Assembly (NCBI GenBank): GCA_965213815.1
Contig: OZ243917.1
Coordinates: 1,694,385-1,758,384, forward strand
Direction: 5' to 3'
Origin: Alphaproteobacteria bacterium
GTDB taxonomy: Bacteria; Pseudomonadota; Alphaproteobacteria; SP197
Length of the DNA: 64,000 nucleotides
In this document: positions 19,064 to 28,978 of the stretch, one piece after another
How positions within the stretch are numbered: the stretch's first letter is position 1
Layout of the letters: each line of letters opens with the position of its first letter
Notes under the pieces: model-generated
The model's input: the letters and a program-made list of their open reading frames with translations, nothing else
What the model was told of the DNA's origin: nothing
Database searches by the model: none
Program-made: the position numbers and the translations under genes

Positions 19064-19726
19064 TTAGATCCTGGTCAATCGGATTTGACCGGCAGTATTG
19101 AGCCCCTGATGCCAGTTGCGGTCGGTCCAGTAGTTTCCTTCCAGCATCTTCGGACTACGCTCCAGCGGGATGGAGAGGCGTGCGGCGCCGAGATGGCGTT
19201 GACTATCGGTGCTCTTGGGTGCCGACACATGGCTGTCGTAGACGTAGAATAGGACTGGTTTGCGCTCGCCCTGGTGACGCTGCAGGGAACAGGTCAGCGT
19301 CTCGGAACTCAGGTACCTGTCGTCCATGGTCAAGGTCAGGTCGATTCGGGTGAGTCGTGCCGAAATCTTCGCCTTGCCCACGCGGTTGAACAACACTGGG
19401 GAGCCGTCGGAGGACGTATCGGGCTGGCGATCCGCGTTGCGGGCCTTGATGATGGACCAGTTCGAGGAGATTTCGACGGTGTACTCCGCGTCGATGTTCG
19501 GAAACACCCGCCACACACCCGGCAAGCCGCAGAGCCAGGGAAAGACGGACGTCTGGCCGACGAAGAAGACGAGGGCGGAGACCGCGATGACAGAGACGGA
19601 GACCTGGGAAACGACAGGCATGGGCGGCATCAACCCGAAGAGATCGGATGCGAGCGCGATGGCCAGAACTGCATTGACGCAAAGCAGAACTTTCAGGAAG
19701 CTGGTTAAACCCATGGAAGAGAACAT
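19064..19726 (-). CDS. cap15: CBASS effector, Cap15-like (2TM plus beta-strand-rich domain)
   Basis: Two N-terminal hydrophobic helices, FPNIDAEYTVEISSNW, EGNYWTDR beta-rich C-terminus; RBS AAGGAG; adjacent to the CD-NTase. Confidence 0.72.
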   Translation of the reverse strand: MFSSMGLTSFLKVLLCVNAVLAIALASDLFGLMPPMPVVSQVSVSVIAVSALVFFVGQTSVFPWLCGLPGVWRVFPNIDAEYTVEISSNWSIIKARNADRQPDTSSDGSPVLFNRVGKAKISARLTRIDLTLTMDDRYLSSETLTCSLQRHQGERKPVLFYVYDSHVSAPKSTDSQRHLGAARLSIPLERSPKMLEGNYWTDRNWHQGLNTAGQIRLTRI

Positions 19727-19802
19727 ATTGTCAATTCTCCTTGAACGAAGCGCGAACCGCTACCAGATATAGGGCAATGGACCTTGTAAAGGAACCGGCG
19801 GA

Positions 19803-21023
19803 ATGCACGGCACACTAAATGTTCACCGGGTTTTCATGGGCAGCCAGACGCGCCGCGGATACCTGGCTGCCCTGGGCCTGAAGGATGAACGGGCGGAATC
19901 GCTTCGCGAGGCCCGCGACCGAATTCGGAAACGGCTGCGGGAGGAGATGCCCGATTGGAACAGCGATGCGAAAGCGCGAAGCCTGGTTGAGTATCATTAC
20001 GTCGCGCTGGCGTTGCGGATGCCGAAGCTGAGTCCGAAATTCCGCATGCAGGGAAGCAGCGTTTACCACACGCTGAACTTCCCGGCCCACCTGCCGCCGC
20101 AGGAAGTGGACTTTGATGACGGCGTATTCCTGCCGACGTCTTTCGTCAACGGGGGCGGTTCCAACCGTCCGGTGGTGGCCTCCAGGGGCTATTTTGCGAT
20201 GGTCGAGGAGATTCTCGGGCCATTGTGTGCGGAGCGTGGCTGGGAACTCGACACGAGCAAGTCGAGTTGCGTCAGGGTCAGGATCGACGCGGAGGCGCAT
20301 GTCGATCTGGCGCTGTATGCCATCCCCGATGAAGAATTCACGAAATTGGCGGAAGCAAGGGCCTTGGCCATGGTGGCCAGGGGGCAAGGCGCGTCGGAAC
20401 TCGATTACGAACTCGCCGACGAAGTCTATAAGAGCCTGCTCGAAAAGCAGATCATGCTTGCGCACCGCGACAGCGGCTGGATTGAGTCGGACCCTCGCGA
20501 GATCGAAAACTGGTTTCTCGATGCCATCGCGGATCATGGCGAAGTGGTTCGGAGAATTTGCCGGTACCTCAAGGGCTGGCGCGATTTCCAGTGGATGCGG
20601 GGCGGGCCATCCTCGATCACGCTGATGGCGTGCGTGATTTCGGTATACGACGAGTTGAACGGCATGCTGCCGGAGAACCGTGACGATCTGGCTCTTCAGG
20701 CCGTGGCGGACCGGCTGGAAGCCTTGTTCTCGCACGCCATCCTCAATCCGGTGCTGCCGGATCAACAGTTGGACGAGAACTGGTCAGCTGAAGAACGGTT
20801 GGATTTCAAAGCGCGCGCGCGAGGGCTGAAGACGAAGATCAACACGGTGCTGAACCGGACCTTTCACAAGGCGGTCGCGATCGCGGAGCTGCGGGAGGGA
20901 TTCGGGGTGCGGATTCCGAACGACGAACTGCTGATCGACGTCGAGTCGGAGGAGCGCAGGGTGCGGGCGTACGCGCCCGCTGTCGTTACCGCCCCGGCCG
21001 TGCCCCGAACCACGTCGGGATGA
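19803..21023 (+). CDS. CBASS CD-NTase, DncV/CdnA-like
   Basis: QGSSVYHTLNFP..QEVDFDDGVFLP and HVDLALYAIP parallel the DncV motifs QGS..TLN..EMDIDDG and HIDVPMYAIP. Confidence 0.9.
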   Translation: MHGTLNVHRVFMGSQTRRGYLAALGLKDERAESLREARDRIRKRLREEMPDWNSDAKARSLVEYHYVALALRMPKLSPKFRMQGSSVYHTLNFPAHLPPQEVDFDDGVFLPTSFVNGGGSNRPVVASRGYFAMVEEILGPLCAERGWELDTSKSSCVRVRIDAEAHVDLALYAIPDEEFTKLAEARALAMVARGQGASELDYELADEVYKSLLEKQIMLAHRDSGWIESDPREIENWFLDAIADHGEVVRRICRYLKGWRDFQWMRGGPSSITLMACVISVYDELNGMLPENRDDLALQAVADRLEALFSHAILNPVLPDQQLDENWSAEERLDFKARARGLKTKINTVLNRTFHKAVAIAELREGFGVRIPNDELLIDVESEERRVRAYAPAVVTAPAVPRTTSG

Positions 21024-22705
21024 GTGTCGAAGGCGAGCGCACAAGAGACCTGTTCCGAACGCTCGCGCACAAGGGGTTCAGGCGAGACCGCTCGCAGACG
21101 GGAACGCACCGCTTCACAGGCAAGCTGTCGGTGGTCGGGCGAGAGGTCGGGGTCGCGATCGAATTTCGCGATCTCGAATTCACGCGCCTTCCGAAGCTCA
21201 CGCTTCTCAACCCGGACGATGAAGCCCCGGAGGTCGTGGCGCATCTCGAAGCGTCGGGCGTCCTCTGCTTCGCCAGCGACGAAGACCTCGTTCTCGACCG
21301 CTACGATGTCGGCGGGACCGCGCTGATGTGCTTGGGACTGGCTCGTCGCGGCCTGGAACGGGCGCTGACGCACAAGCGTCTGCAGGGGGAAATCGCGCAG
21401 GAATTTCCGCAGCACTGGCTCGGGAAGAGTTTCTACTACGACAGTTCAGGAACGGAGCATGCTCGCGCGAGGCTCTACAGCGTGCCGCGCGACGGCTCGC
21501 CTGCGCTGTTGTTCTTGGCCGATACGGACGAGAAGCTGAAGCGGCTGGTTCCGGGCAAAGCGGACCGGGGCCGGATCGGCGGCTCGTCGCGGCCTGCATT
21601 CGTCTTTCATTCGGGCAATGAACTGACATTCATGCCGGGGTATCGTCAGCCAAGGACGCTTGCGGAGTTTCTCGCATGGCTGGAGACCATGGTGCCGGGC
21701 GGGACGGAAAGGGCGCTTGAAGAGTTGTCTTCCGGATTTCCGGATGCGCCGGTGCCGTTGTTCGTCAGGGCGGAGAACGGTTGTGTCGGCATCTCGGTAG
21801 GCGCCAAGGAGCCCGTGCTCAGGGGAGCGCAGCGGCGGCAAGGATTCAGGCGCATCGCACAGACCAATGCCCACAGGGTGAAGTTAGAACGGCACAGCGG
21901 TACGCGTATCGACCTGCCCTCGATTTTCGGCAGGAACATGCACAAGCAGTCGCCTCTGACCGGTCGGCGTATTGCGCTGATCGGGTGTGGAACCATCGGC
22001 AGTCACCTCGCGAAATTCCTCGTCCAAACCGGCGCCGGGCAAGAAGGAGGCGCGCTCCTGCTTGTCGACAACCAGTTGTTCGAGCCCGGCAATGTGGGAC
22101 GGCACTATCTTGGCACGGCTAGGATCGGCGAGTGGAAGGCGGAGGCTGTGAAACAGGAGTTGCAGCTTCAGTTCGCGGAAGCACATGTCCGGGCGGTTAG
22201 AGCGGATGCCGAAGGGATGATTGTGAGCCTCGCCAGCTACGACCTGGTCGTGGATGCAACCGGCGAAGAAGCTCTGTCCCTGGCGCTCAATCACGGTTTC
22301 ATAGCGCGTCGCAGGGAAGAGGAGCGCGTACCCGACGTCATCCATGTCTGGTTGTTCGGCAATGGGGCTGCCGGCCAGGCCCTGCTCGTGGACGGACCGC
22401 AATTTGCTTGCTTCAAATGCCTGAAGCCGGACCATGAGGGCCAATGGCGCTTCAATCCGCTGAAGTCCGGGACTACGGTCGAGCCGACGGCTGCGGCTTG
22501 CGGTGAAGCGCAGTACATCGCTTACGGAGTGGCGGCGCCGGCGATGGCAGCGGCGCTGGGGCTTCAACTCGTGCTGGACTGGAATGGCGGTAATCCGGGG
22601 CCGAGGCTGAGGACAGTCAGGGTTGAGAAAAAAGCTACAGTCGAAGTCAAGGACAGGAATCCGCAGCCGTCGGATCGTTGTCCGGCCTGCGCTGGCTCGC
22701 GGTAA
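21020..22705 (+). CDS. cap2: CBASS Cap2 (E2-E1/ThiF fusion)
   Basis: N-terminal E2-like HLEASGVLCF, GCGTIGS, CFKC, AACGE, CPAC; 4-bp overlap with the CD-NTase. Confidence 0.88.
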   Translation: MSVEGERTRDLFRTLAHKGFRRDRSQTGTHRFTGKLSVVGREVGVAIEFRDLEFTRLPKLTLLNPDDEAPEVVAHLEASGVLCFASDEDLVLDRYDVGGTALMCLGLARRGLERALTHKRLQGEIAQEFPQHWLGKSFYYDSSGTEHARARLYSVPRDGSPALLFLADTDEKLKRLVPGKADRGRIGGSSRPAFVFHSGNELTFMPGYRQPRTLAEFLAWLETMVPGGTERALEELSSGFPDAPVPLFVRAENGCVGISVGAKEPVLRGAQRRQGFRRIAQTNAHRVKLERHSGTRIDLPSIFGRNMHKQSPLTGRRIALIGCGTIGSHLAKFLVQTGAGQEGGALLLVDNQLFEPGNVGRHYLGTARIGEWKAEAVKQELQLQFAEAHVRAVRADAEGMIVSLASYDLVVDATGEEALSLALNHGFIARRREEERVPDVIHVWLFGNGAAGQALLVDGPQFACFKCLKPDHEGQWRFNPLKSGTTVEPTAAACGEAQYIAYGVAAPAMAAALGLQLVLDWNGGNPGPRLRTVRVEKKATVEVKDRNPQPSDRCPACAGSR

Positions 22706-23186
22706 ACGCGAAGGGGTCGAATACGCTCTATTCCGCCATGAAGTGTGTGGATTCTTCGACAGAGTAAGGCGTGCCTGCGCCGAGGGGGTTGAGCGCGGGG
22801 GAATCCTGATCGGCTCCTACCGGGGGCCGCATATAGAGGTTGTCGATTGGACCGAGCCAGGTACCGCCGACAAGGCGACGCTGTCGTCGTTTACACGGCA
22901 GGACGAGCGGCATCAGGAGGCTGCGACCGAGGCTTGGCACAAGTCGCAACACAGGCAGACTTACGTGGGCGAATGGCACAGCCATCCTTTCGGCGGACCG
23001 GTCCCGTCCGGGATGGATAGAAGGGCGTGGCGGTCCGTGGTGGCGAAACTGAGAGTGCCGTGCCTGTTCGTGGTGGTGTCTCCGGCTGGATGGCAGGCGT
23101 TTCGGGTTCAACGCTTTACGACGGCAGCCGAAATGGTGCGTTTGGTTGAGAGCGAGAATGGGAGCACAGGTGTCGTTTTTCGATAG
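22623..23186 (+). CDS. cap3: CBASS Cap3 JAB/MPN isopeptidase
   Basis: ERGGILIG, YVGEWHSHP...PSGMD JAB motif; start uncertain. Confidence 0.85.
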   Translation: MRKKLQSKSRTGIRSRRIVVRPALARGKREGVEYALFRHEVCGFFDRVRRACAEGVERGGILIGSYRGPHIEVVDWTEPGTADKATLSSFTRQDERHQEAATEAWHKSQHRQTYVGEWHSHPFGGPVPSGMDRRAWRSVVAKLRVPCLFVVVSPAGWQAFRVQRFTTAAEMVRLVESENGSTGVVFR

Positions 23187-23402
23187 GCAGAATGGAAGCA
23201 CGATGGCGGGTTATCGAGAGCAGAATCAGCGAAAGCACTGTCCTCCGGGCGTCGTCACGATACGGGTCCTCGTCCCGGATTCTGACAGTACGGCTGCGCG
23301 GCAACGCGGGCGGCGGGCGGGTACGCTCAGACCGTCTCGGACGTGGCAACGCGCAGCTTGCTGTCGTGCGCCGGCAACCGTGTCCGGCTGCCGGGGTTGG
23401 AT

Positions 23403-24406
23403 TCACGATTGTGAAGCCGGCGGGGAAGCGAGATTCGCCTCGGTCTCCAAGGCTCGAACTCGCTCGATGAGCGTGTCGAACGCCGGTGCGCCGTCGCCGA
23501 CGATGCGGGCGCCGCGCATGGCATCGTAGTCTGATTGCAGGGCGGGGAGCTGGTCGTCGTCGGGAACGAGACGCAGCCGGCCGTCGAGGCAGCGATCGTA
23601 GTTGGCGTTGCCGGCGTGGAAGAACACCGTCTTGTGCCGGACGACGTCCGCCAGAAGCGTCCGGTTGGCGAGGGCGGCGCGGCCGACAGGGTGGGCGGCG
23701 AGGCACGCAAGATCGAACCAGTGCCGGGAGAGCCGGTCGGGCCTGTTCGTGAGCCGGCGGCGGTGGCAGGCGGCGTGGATGAGCGTCGCCTTCTCCCAGA
23801 AGGTGCGCGCCGGCGAAAGGACCGTCACGGTCGCCGCCGGATAATCCAGGCCATCGGTCAGGGCGGCCATGTCGGGCACGATCGCGTGGCGCTCGTTCGG
23901 GTCGATGACGTTGCGGCCGCCGAACTCCAGCAGGACCTCTTTCGCGATATAGCTGTCGGGCGCCTCGACCGCGGACGGATAGGCGAAGCGGACGGTCTCG
24001 CCGTCGTCGCCGACATGGACGGCGTAGCGGCCGTCGGCTGCGAGGCGCCAGGCGGCATCGTCGAGGGCGGGCGCGACGACGTTGCGGACATGGCTTACGA
24101 CCCGGCCCCCGAGGCGTTTGCTGAACCGTCTGATTGCGGTGCGGCTGGCGCCTTCGTCGAAGGGGTCGAAACCGTCGTCGAAGGCGCGGTAGTCGAGGGT
24201 GACGTCCACGTCCTCGGAGAACCGGGCGATGTGCCGCCCTTGAAGGCCATCGGATGGGGGTCGGGCATGGAGAAGAGGGCGTCGAGAACCCAGCACACCC
24301 AGATGTCCTTCTCCAGGACGACGGCGGATCGCCTGGCATTGGCGGCAAAGGTGCGGAGGATGTCGGCGCGCTCGCCCGCGCCGAGGGAAAGAAACGGCTC
24401 AGCCAT
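23403..24406 (-). pseudogene. AbiEii-family nucleotidyltransferase toxin with frameshifting internal deletion
   Basis: LEKDIWV..FKGGTS in one frame, RFSEDVDVT..RTFWEKATL in another; the residues normally between them are missing (junction near 24228). Confidence 0.85.
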
Positions 24407-25001
24407 GGGCCGGCTCCCGGGCGGCGGCGAACGCCTTCTGCATCCAGGCGGGCATGTCGGCGGAGCACAGCTTCTCGAACTCGGCCGGGCTGAGGGCGGC
24501 CTCGATGGTGGCGACGGTTTCCGGTGTCACAGTGTCCTTGCCGAGATGCCAGAGGGCGGAAATGGCGGCGCCGGTCGGCTCGCCCGCGAATTGCAGCCGG
24601 CGGCGGTTCGCAGTGTGGACCATGCGCACGGCAGTGCCGGCGATCCGGATCGTGCGGGTCGAGCCGCTGGTATGGAACACGGGCGCGGTCGGCACCTGGG
24701 TGCTGAGCCGGAAGCGCCTCGCCGCTTCGGCGCCGTGGATCTGGAGCGTCTCACCGTTGCCACGCGCGATCGCCTCGACGACCTCGTGGAAGTCGGGAAT
24801 TACGGCCCCGACGAACCGGCTGATCCTCGGTCGAACGAAGACGCCGTGGGCGAGACGCCGGATCTCGCCGTCCGCGGCGAGGCGGGAAAGAGTCCGGTCG
24901 ACGGCTCCTCGGGTGCCGAGCTTCAGGAAGCGGGTGCCGGTGAAGGGCCTGCCCCGGGGCAGCTTTCGTATGGCGGCTCGAACGGCCTTCGCAGTCGACA
25001 T
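24399..25001 (-). CDS. AbiEi-like type IV antitoxin (DUF6088-like)
   Basis: GTRGAVDRTLSRL wHTH, GAEAARRFRLSTQVP; overlaps the toxin start. Confidence 0.8.
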   Translation of the reverse strand: MSTAKAVRAAIRKLPRGRPFTGTRFLKLGTRGAVDRTLSRLAADGEIRRLAHGVFVRPRISRFVGAVIPDFHEVVEAIARGNGETLQIHGAEAARRFRLSTQVPTAPVFHTSGSTRTIRIAGTAVRMVHTANRRRLQFAGEPTGAAISALWHLGKDTVTPETVATIEAALSPAEFEKLCSADMPAWMQKAFAAAREPAHG

Positions 25002-25017
25002 GGAATGACCCTCTTCT

Positions 25018-25046
25018 TGTCCAGAAACATAGCGATGATTTGGACA
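25018..25046. promoter_or_regulatory. Inverted repeat, putative antitoxin operator
   Basis: TGTCCAGAA-N11-ATTTGGACA directly upstream of the antitoxin ATG. Confidence 0.4.
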
Positions 25047-25088
25047 GTTACAAGGAATGGAGCGGAGCCCTGCGTGGGTCAGTGCGGG

Positions 25089-25358
25089 TCAGTGCTCAGT
25101 GGGGGTGCCCGGTTCGGGGGTCTCGGTGCGCATGGACGCCGCCATCATGGCGGTCCATGCCTCGCGGTCCAATCCGAGACGGCGGTTCAACTTGTCCGCG
25201 ATGACCAGGGCATTGTCCAGATTGAGCGCCATGAGCGCGGTGGGGACATGACCGGCAAGGCCTTCGATGACGATGCCGATCTGTTGCACCTCGATCTCGA
25301 CGTCATGGTCGGGACATAAGCAGAAGTTCGGATTGTCCGGCAGCGTCTGCGCGGTCAT
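25089..25358 (-). CDS. Small hypothetical protein
   Basis: 89-aa ORF with plausible RBS (AAGGA) and protein-like composition. Confidence 0.5.
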   Translation of the reverse strand: MTAQTLPDNPNFCLCPDHDVEIEVQQIGIVIEGLAGHVPTALMALNLDNALVIADKLNRRLGLDREAWTAMMAASMRTETPEPGTPTEH

Positions 25359-25746
25359 GGTGGTATCCTTCGGTTGCGGCGGCTCCGGACCCCTGCGGCG
25401 ACACCATCAGCCAGCTGTTCCCGCCTCACCCTTGGGGGTTGCAGGGAACGGGAACATTTCCCTCTTCCAGCCAGCCCCGCGCCATGACCAGAACCGCACA
25501 CATAGCACCGCCCTCAGGAATTTCATCAAGTCAATGCACTTCCTCACCGTCGCTAACAACTGGTGTCGTGAAGCGTCGATTCAGGCGGCCAACGACGGTT
25601 CAGGGCCGGCGCGGGATGGCGCTGGTGGCTGACTGCTGGCGCCGTCTTCAAACCTGGAAGTGGCGAGGTGATGGCCGAAGGACGGGACATGGCGAAGGCG
25701 GTCTTAGGATCGAGGTCGACAAGAACCGCCCGGGTTTCGCCCTCCT

Positions 25747-26379
25747 TCACGCGCCGCGAATGGGGGAGGCAGGGAACCATCGTCGAAGTGTGTTGCGCAG
25801 TTCCCGGAACGCGGGATCATTGCATGTGTTGAGGCCGACACTTCGAGCAAGATTCATGAATGTTGCTGCCCTCGGACGACCGTTCTGCTCCCTCATTGCT
25901 TGCCTCAAGGCCGATTTCGGATCCGGCGGCTTGGCTTTGTCGACAGGCCATAGTTGGTGTTTGTGCAGCCAGCCCCGGAGTTCTTCGATCCCTTCGTTCC
26001 ACCCGAGGATCGTGCCCACGTGCGGGGACGTGGACCACACCCAGATCTCCAGTTCGGGTTCGATCACGATTGCCTTCGACCTGTTCTCCCACCCGTTGCA
26101 GCGCAGGTCCTCTTCCACTGCCTCCTGGATGTGCTGCCGATCCGCCCCCTCGTCTCCACTCCCAGCCTTGTCGAACACCACCAGGGCGTGGTGGTGGTCA
26201 CTTGCGTAGCTGCGCGCGGCTGATCCCGCCTGGCGGCGGCACCCCGGGTCCCTTTGCTGATGCCTCATGATCGTGAACTTGACGTCCCGTATCCCGAGTG
26301 CCGCTTGTCGTTGGGTCAACAGACCTTGCATTGTCGCCTCGATATCGGCGTCCGCCACGAGTATCCACAGGTCTTTCAC
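25747..26379 (-). CDS. DUF4276/TOPRIM-like partner protein (resembles MAD4)
   Basis: LVADADIE, RDPGC, VVFDKAGSG, IEPELEIWVW; 4-bp overlap with the ATPase. Confidence 0.65.
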   Translation of the reverse strand: MKDLWILVADADIEATMQGLLTQRQAALGIRDVKFTIMRHQQRDPGCRRQAGSAARSYASDHHHALVVFDKAGSGDEGADRQHIQEAVEEDLRCNGWENRSKAIVIEPELEIWVWSTSPHVGTILGWNEGIEELRGWLHKHQLWPVDKAKPPDPKSALRQAMREQNGRPRAATFMNLARSVGLNTCNDPAFRELRNTLRRWFPASPIRGA

Positions 26380-27620
26380 GACAGGATGTCAGCCGCCCAG
26401 AACACGGTGTCGTCCACCGATGTCCGCCAGTCACGCAACCGCGGATGTTCGTTGCCGGGAACGATCACCGTCCCCCTGTTCTGATCGTGGCCGAAACACA
26501 GGACCTGGTCCAGATCGACGCAGCGCAGCAGCGTCGGTGAGTGGGACGCGACGAAGACCTGTGCGCCGCAAACCGACGACAGGGCCTGGCAAGCATACTC
26601 GATGGCCATCGGATGGATCCCATTCTCAGGCTCCTCCAGAAGCCAGGCCACTGGTGACGCCCGAAGGTGGGGTATCACGGTCAGGGCAAGCAGCCGCAGC
26701 GTGCCCTCGGAAACGCTCCAGGACGGCACTTCGACACCGGCGCGTCTGACCATCAGGTAGGCGTGGCGGTCATCCTCGCGGTGGACGATTCTGACATCCT
26801 CAAGGTCCGGCAGCGCGAAGCGCACGTGCTCGAACCACAGCCCCCACTCATGAGGGTCCGATTTCAACCTCTCCAGCACACGGGGCAGATTGCCACCATC
26901 ATCCGCTAGTCGTCCGCCATCGTCGCCGTTCGGACTCGACGCTTGCCTGAGTTTCCGGCTGTCCAACTGGAGGCGCTGCATGCCGTCACGCTTGAGCGCT
27001 TCCGTGACTCGCAGCGAACGAGGGAAGTGCATTTCCCATGTATCACTGAGCGAGAGTCCGTCCAGCGCTGACAGGATGCCGATCGCGCTCTCGTCGGGGT
27101 CGCCAAAGTTGTCGAGCCGGGGCCCATTCATGCTCTCGGAGCGGTACCATGTGCCGTCGCCATGCTCGCTCCGGCCGAAGATCTGTTCAGGCCTGCGGTC
27201 GGATGCACTGACAATCGAATCGGAACGGGCGCTTGCCTGGAACTCCTCGCCCGTGAGGCGCCCAAGGTATCCGTTCTCGTGCGTCACCTTCACGCCCTCG
27301 TCGGATTCCTCGACCCGCAGCTCGTAGCGCAGTGCGTCGTCATCCATCGTGAACTCGGCCGCCAGCTCGAAGCCGGGTGAGGTGGCCGGGCGGCCCCACA
27401 CCAGATCCTGGAAGTTGCGCGTGCGCTTCCCCACCGCCCGCACCAGTCCCTGCTTCACGTAATCCGTCAGAAACGCGATCGCATCCAGCAACGTACTCTT
27501 GCCGCTCCCGTTCGGACCGACGAGAACGTAGAAGTTGCCGTCGAGCCGAAGGTCGACGTGCCGCAGGCTGCGATAGTTGCGGGCCTGGATCGCCCTGAGC
27601 GTTACAGCGGGTTCTTTCAC
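26376..27620 (-). CDS. ABC-type AAA_21 ATPase (resembles MAD3/AriA)
   Basis: NYRSL, GPNGSGKST, SEGT signature, LLEEPENGIHP, ASHSP; start placed at GTG 27620. Confidence 0.88.
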   Translation of the reverse strand: MKEPAVTLRAIQARNYRSLRHVDLRLDGNFYVLVGPNGSGKSTLLDAIAFLTDYVKQGLVRAVGKRTRNFQDLVWGRPATSPGFELAAEFTMDDDALRYELRVEESDEGVKVTHENGYLGRLTGEEFQASARSDSIVSASDRRPEQIFGRSEHGDGTWYRSESMNGPRLDNFGDPDESAIGILSALDGLSLSDTWEMHFPRSLRVTEALKRDGMQRLQLDSRKLRQASSPNGDDGGRLADDGGNLPRVLERLKSDPHEWGLWFEHVRFALPDLEDVRIVHREDDRHAYLMVRRAGVEVPSWSVSEGTLRLLALTVIPHLRASPVAWLLEEPENGIHPMAIEYACQALSSVCGAQVFVASHSPTLLRCVDLDQVLCFGHDQNRGTVIVPGNEHPRLRDWRTSVDDTVFWAADILS

Positions 27621-27988
27621 GTGTGCCTCGTTCGTGACCCGACACCGTCTGCCAGAGAGGCCCCCCGCTTCCAGGGGCCCGTGCGACAGCCCTGTCCGAC
27701 ATCTCTCCGGATCGTCGTGCATCGCGGGCGCCACCGCAACGCAAGAGTGGGCATCTGATGTGTTCCTGTGCCCATGGTGATCGGCACTTGGTCTGCGAAA
27801 GCCACGGAACTCACCGGCTTGGCGGCAAGCCGCCAAGCCACCGTACCAGAGGCAGATCTCATACCATACGCACTGACACAAGGCACAGCCGCAATGCCCC
27901 CTGAACAATGGCTCCCGGACCGTACCGGCGTTGCATCGAACAGCGCCGTGGTGTCTGATGGGCATCCGGCTTCATGTGCGGTCAAGGG

Positions 27989-28656
27989 TGAGTGTGGCTC
28001 AGTCGTCGATGACGATGGTGGCGCGCGGAGTGTATCCGGTTTGGCGACAGGCTTCGAGGAGAGGAGCGGCCTGGTCATTGAGGAAGCCTGACAGGATGAC
28101 CGTGGAGGTGTTGAGGGCGGGGGTCATCGCGATGAGGAGACGGGTGCGAAGGCGCGCAAGGTGTCGGTGCAGACAAGGAGGACGCGCGGTGAGGTTGTTC
28201 CTGGCGATCAGATGACGGGCGAAAGCCAGAGCGCCGGTGTCATTGTCGCCGGCAACGATCGCGCTGTCCCACAGATGGGTCGCGGCGATCGAGAGAATGG
28301 CCGACCCGCAGCACGTGTCGAGGACGGCAGGAGCCTTCAGGCAGTCGGCGGTGCTCAGGTGCTCGCCGATCCCGAAGGCTGTCCCGGCCCCGATGCGGAC
28401 GAGGTGGGTGCCCGGGGCTACCGGGCCCGATAGCAAGGGGCGCGAAGACCTTGGCGTTCTTCGCCACCCAGTCCCTGTGGTTGAGGCAGGGCGTGACGCC
28501 AAGGCCTGTCTCGACGTGCCGGCGCACCTCTTCGGCCTCCTCGCGGCTGGCAAGGACGGCGGTGACACGGGTGCCGAAGAGGGAGAGCGCCAGGGGCTCG
28601 CATTTCTCGAGAGGGGCACGGGCCCCGGCGTGAGCCGCCTCGAGTTGCCAGGTCAT
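27989..28656 (-). pseudogene. prmA: Decayed second copy of prmA
   Basis: MTWQLEA start, FGIGEHLST, DTCCGSAILSIAA; colinear with 32849-33616 but carries deletions and frameshifts. Confidence 0.85.
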
Positions 28657-28705
28657 GCCGCCATCCTGTGCGCGGACTTGCCGGGGCGCTTATCGGACTT
28701 CTGGA

Positions 28706-28810
28706 TCATGCCGGGGTGACGAAGGCCGCCATGATCTTCTTGCGGCCGGCCTTGAGGACGCGTCCATGGCCGAACTTCTCATGCAAGATGCGGACGTCGG
28801 CTCCGGCGGC
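28706..28810 (-). pseudogene. Second copy of the uvrD 3' end
   Basis: DVRILHEKFGHGRVLK/AGRKKIMAAFVTPA*, homologous to 33663-33804 with a 36-nt deletion. Confidence 0.85.
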
Positions 28811-28978
28811 GCAATGGTGTGGCGGGTGGCAGTCGACAATCCTCCAAATCACCCTTGAAAAATCCGCCAAAACACCCCCTCGCAATTCTCCGAATCACCC
28901 GTTGGATGATCCCTTGCGCCTTGAAGGCAAGGAGCCTCGACGTTACGATCACAATGTCTTTGTCTGACATGGCGACGG

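Noticed and set aside
15847-24231. Several breakpoints falling at CGAT as evidence of a sequence-specific process
   Set aside because: CGAT/ATCG is very frequent in this GC-rich coding DNA; only the istA pair shares extra foreign sequence
23535-25319. 594-aa plus-strand ORF; likewise 33879..36047, 49519..51915 and 56340..58373
   Set aside because: Antisense shadows of real GC-rich genes, with no recognisable motifs
25553-25780. ParA-like fragment (AVLVDLDPK)
   Set aside because: A single short motif with no Walker A; cannot be supported
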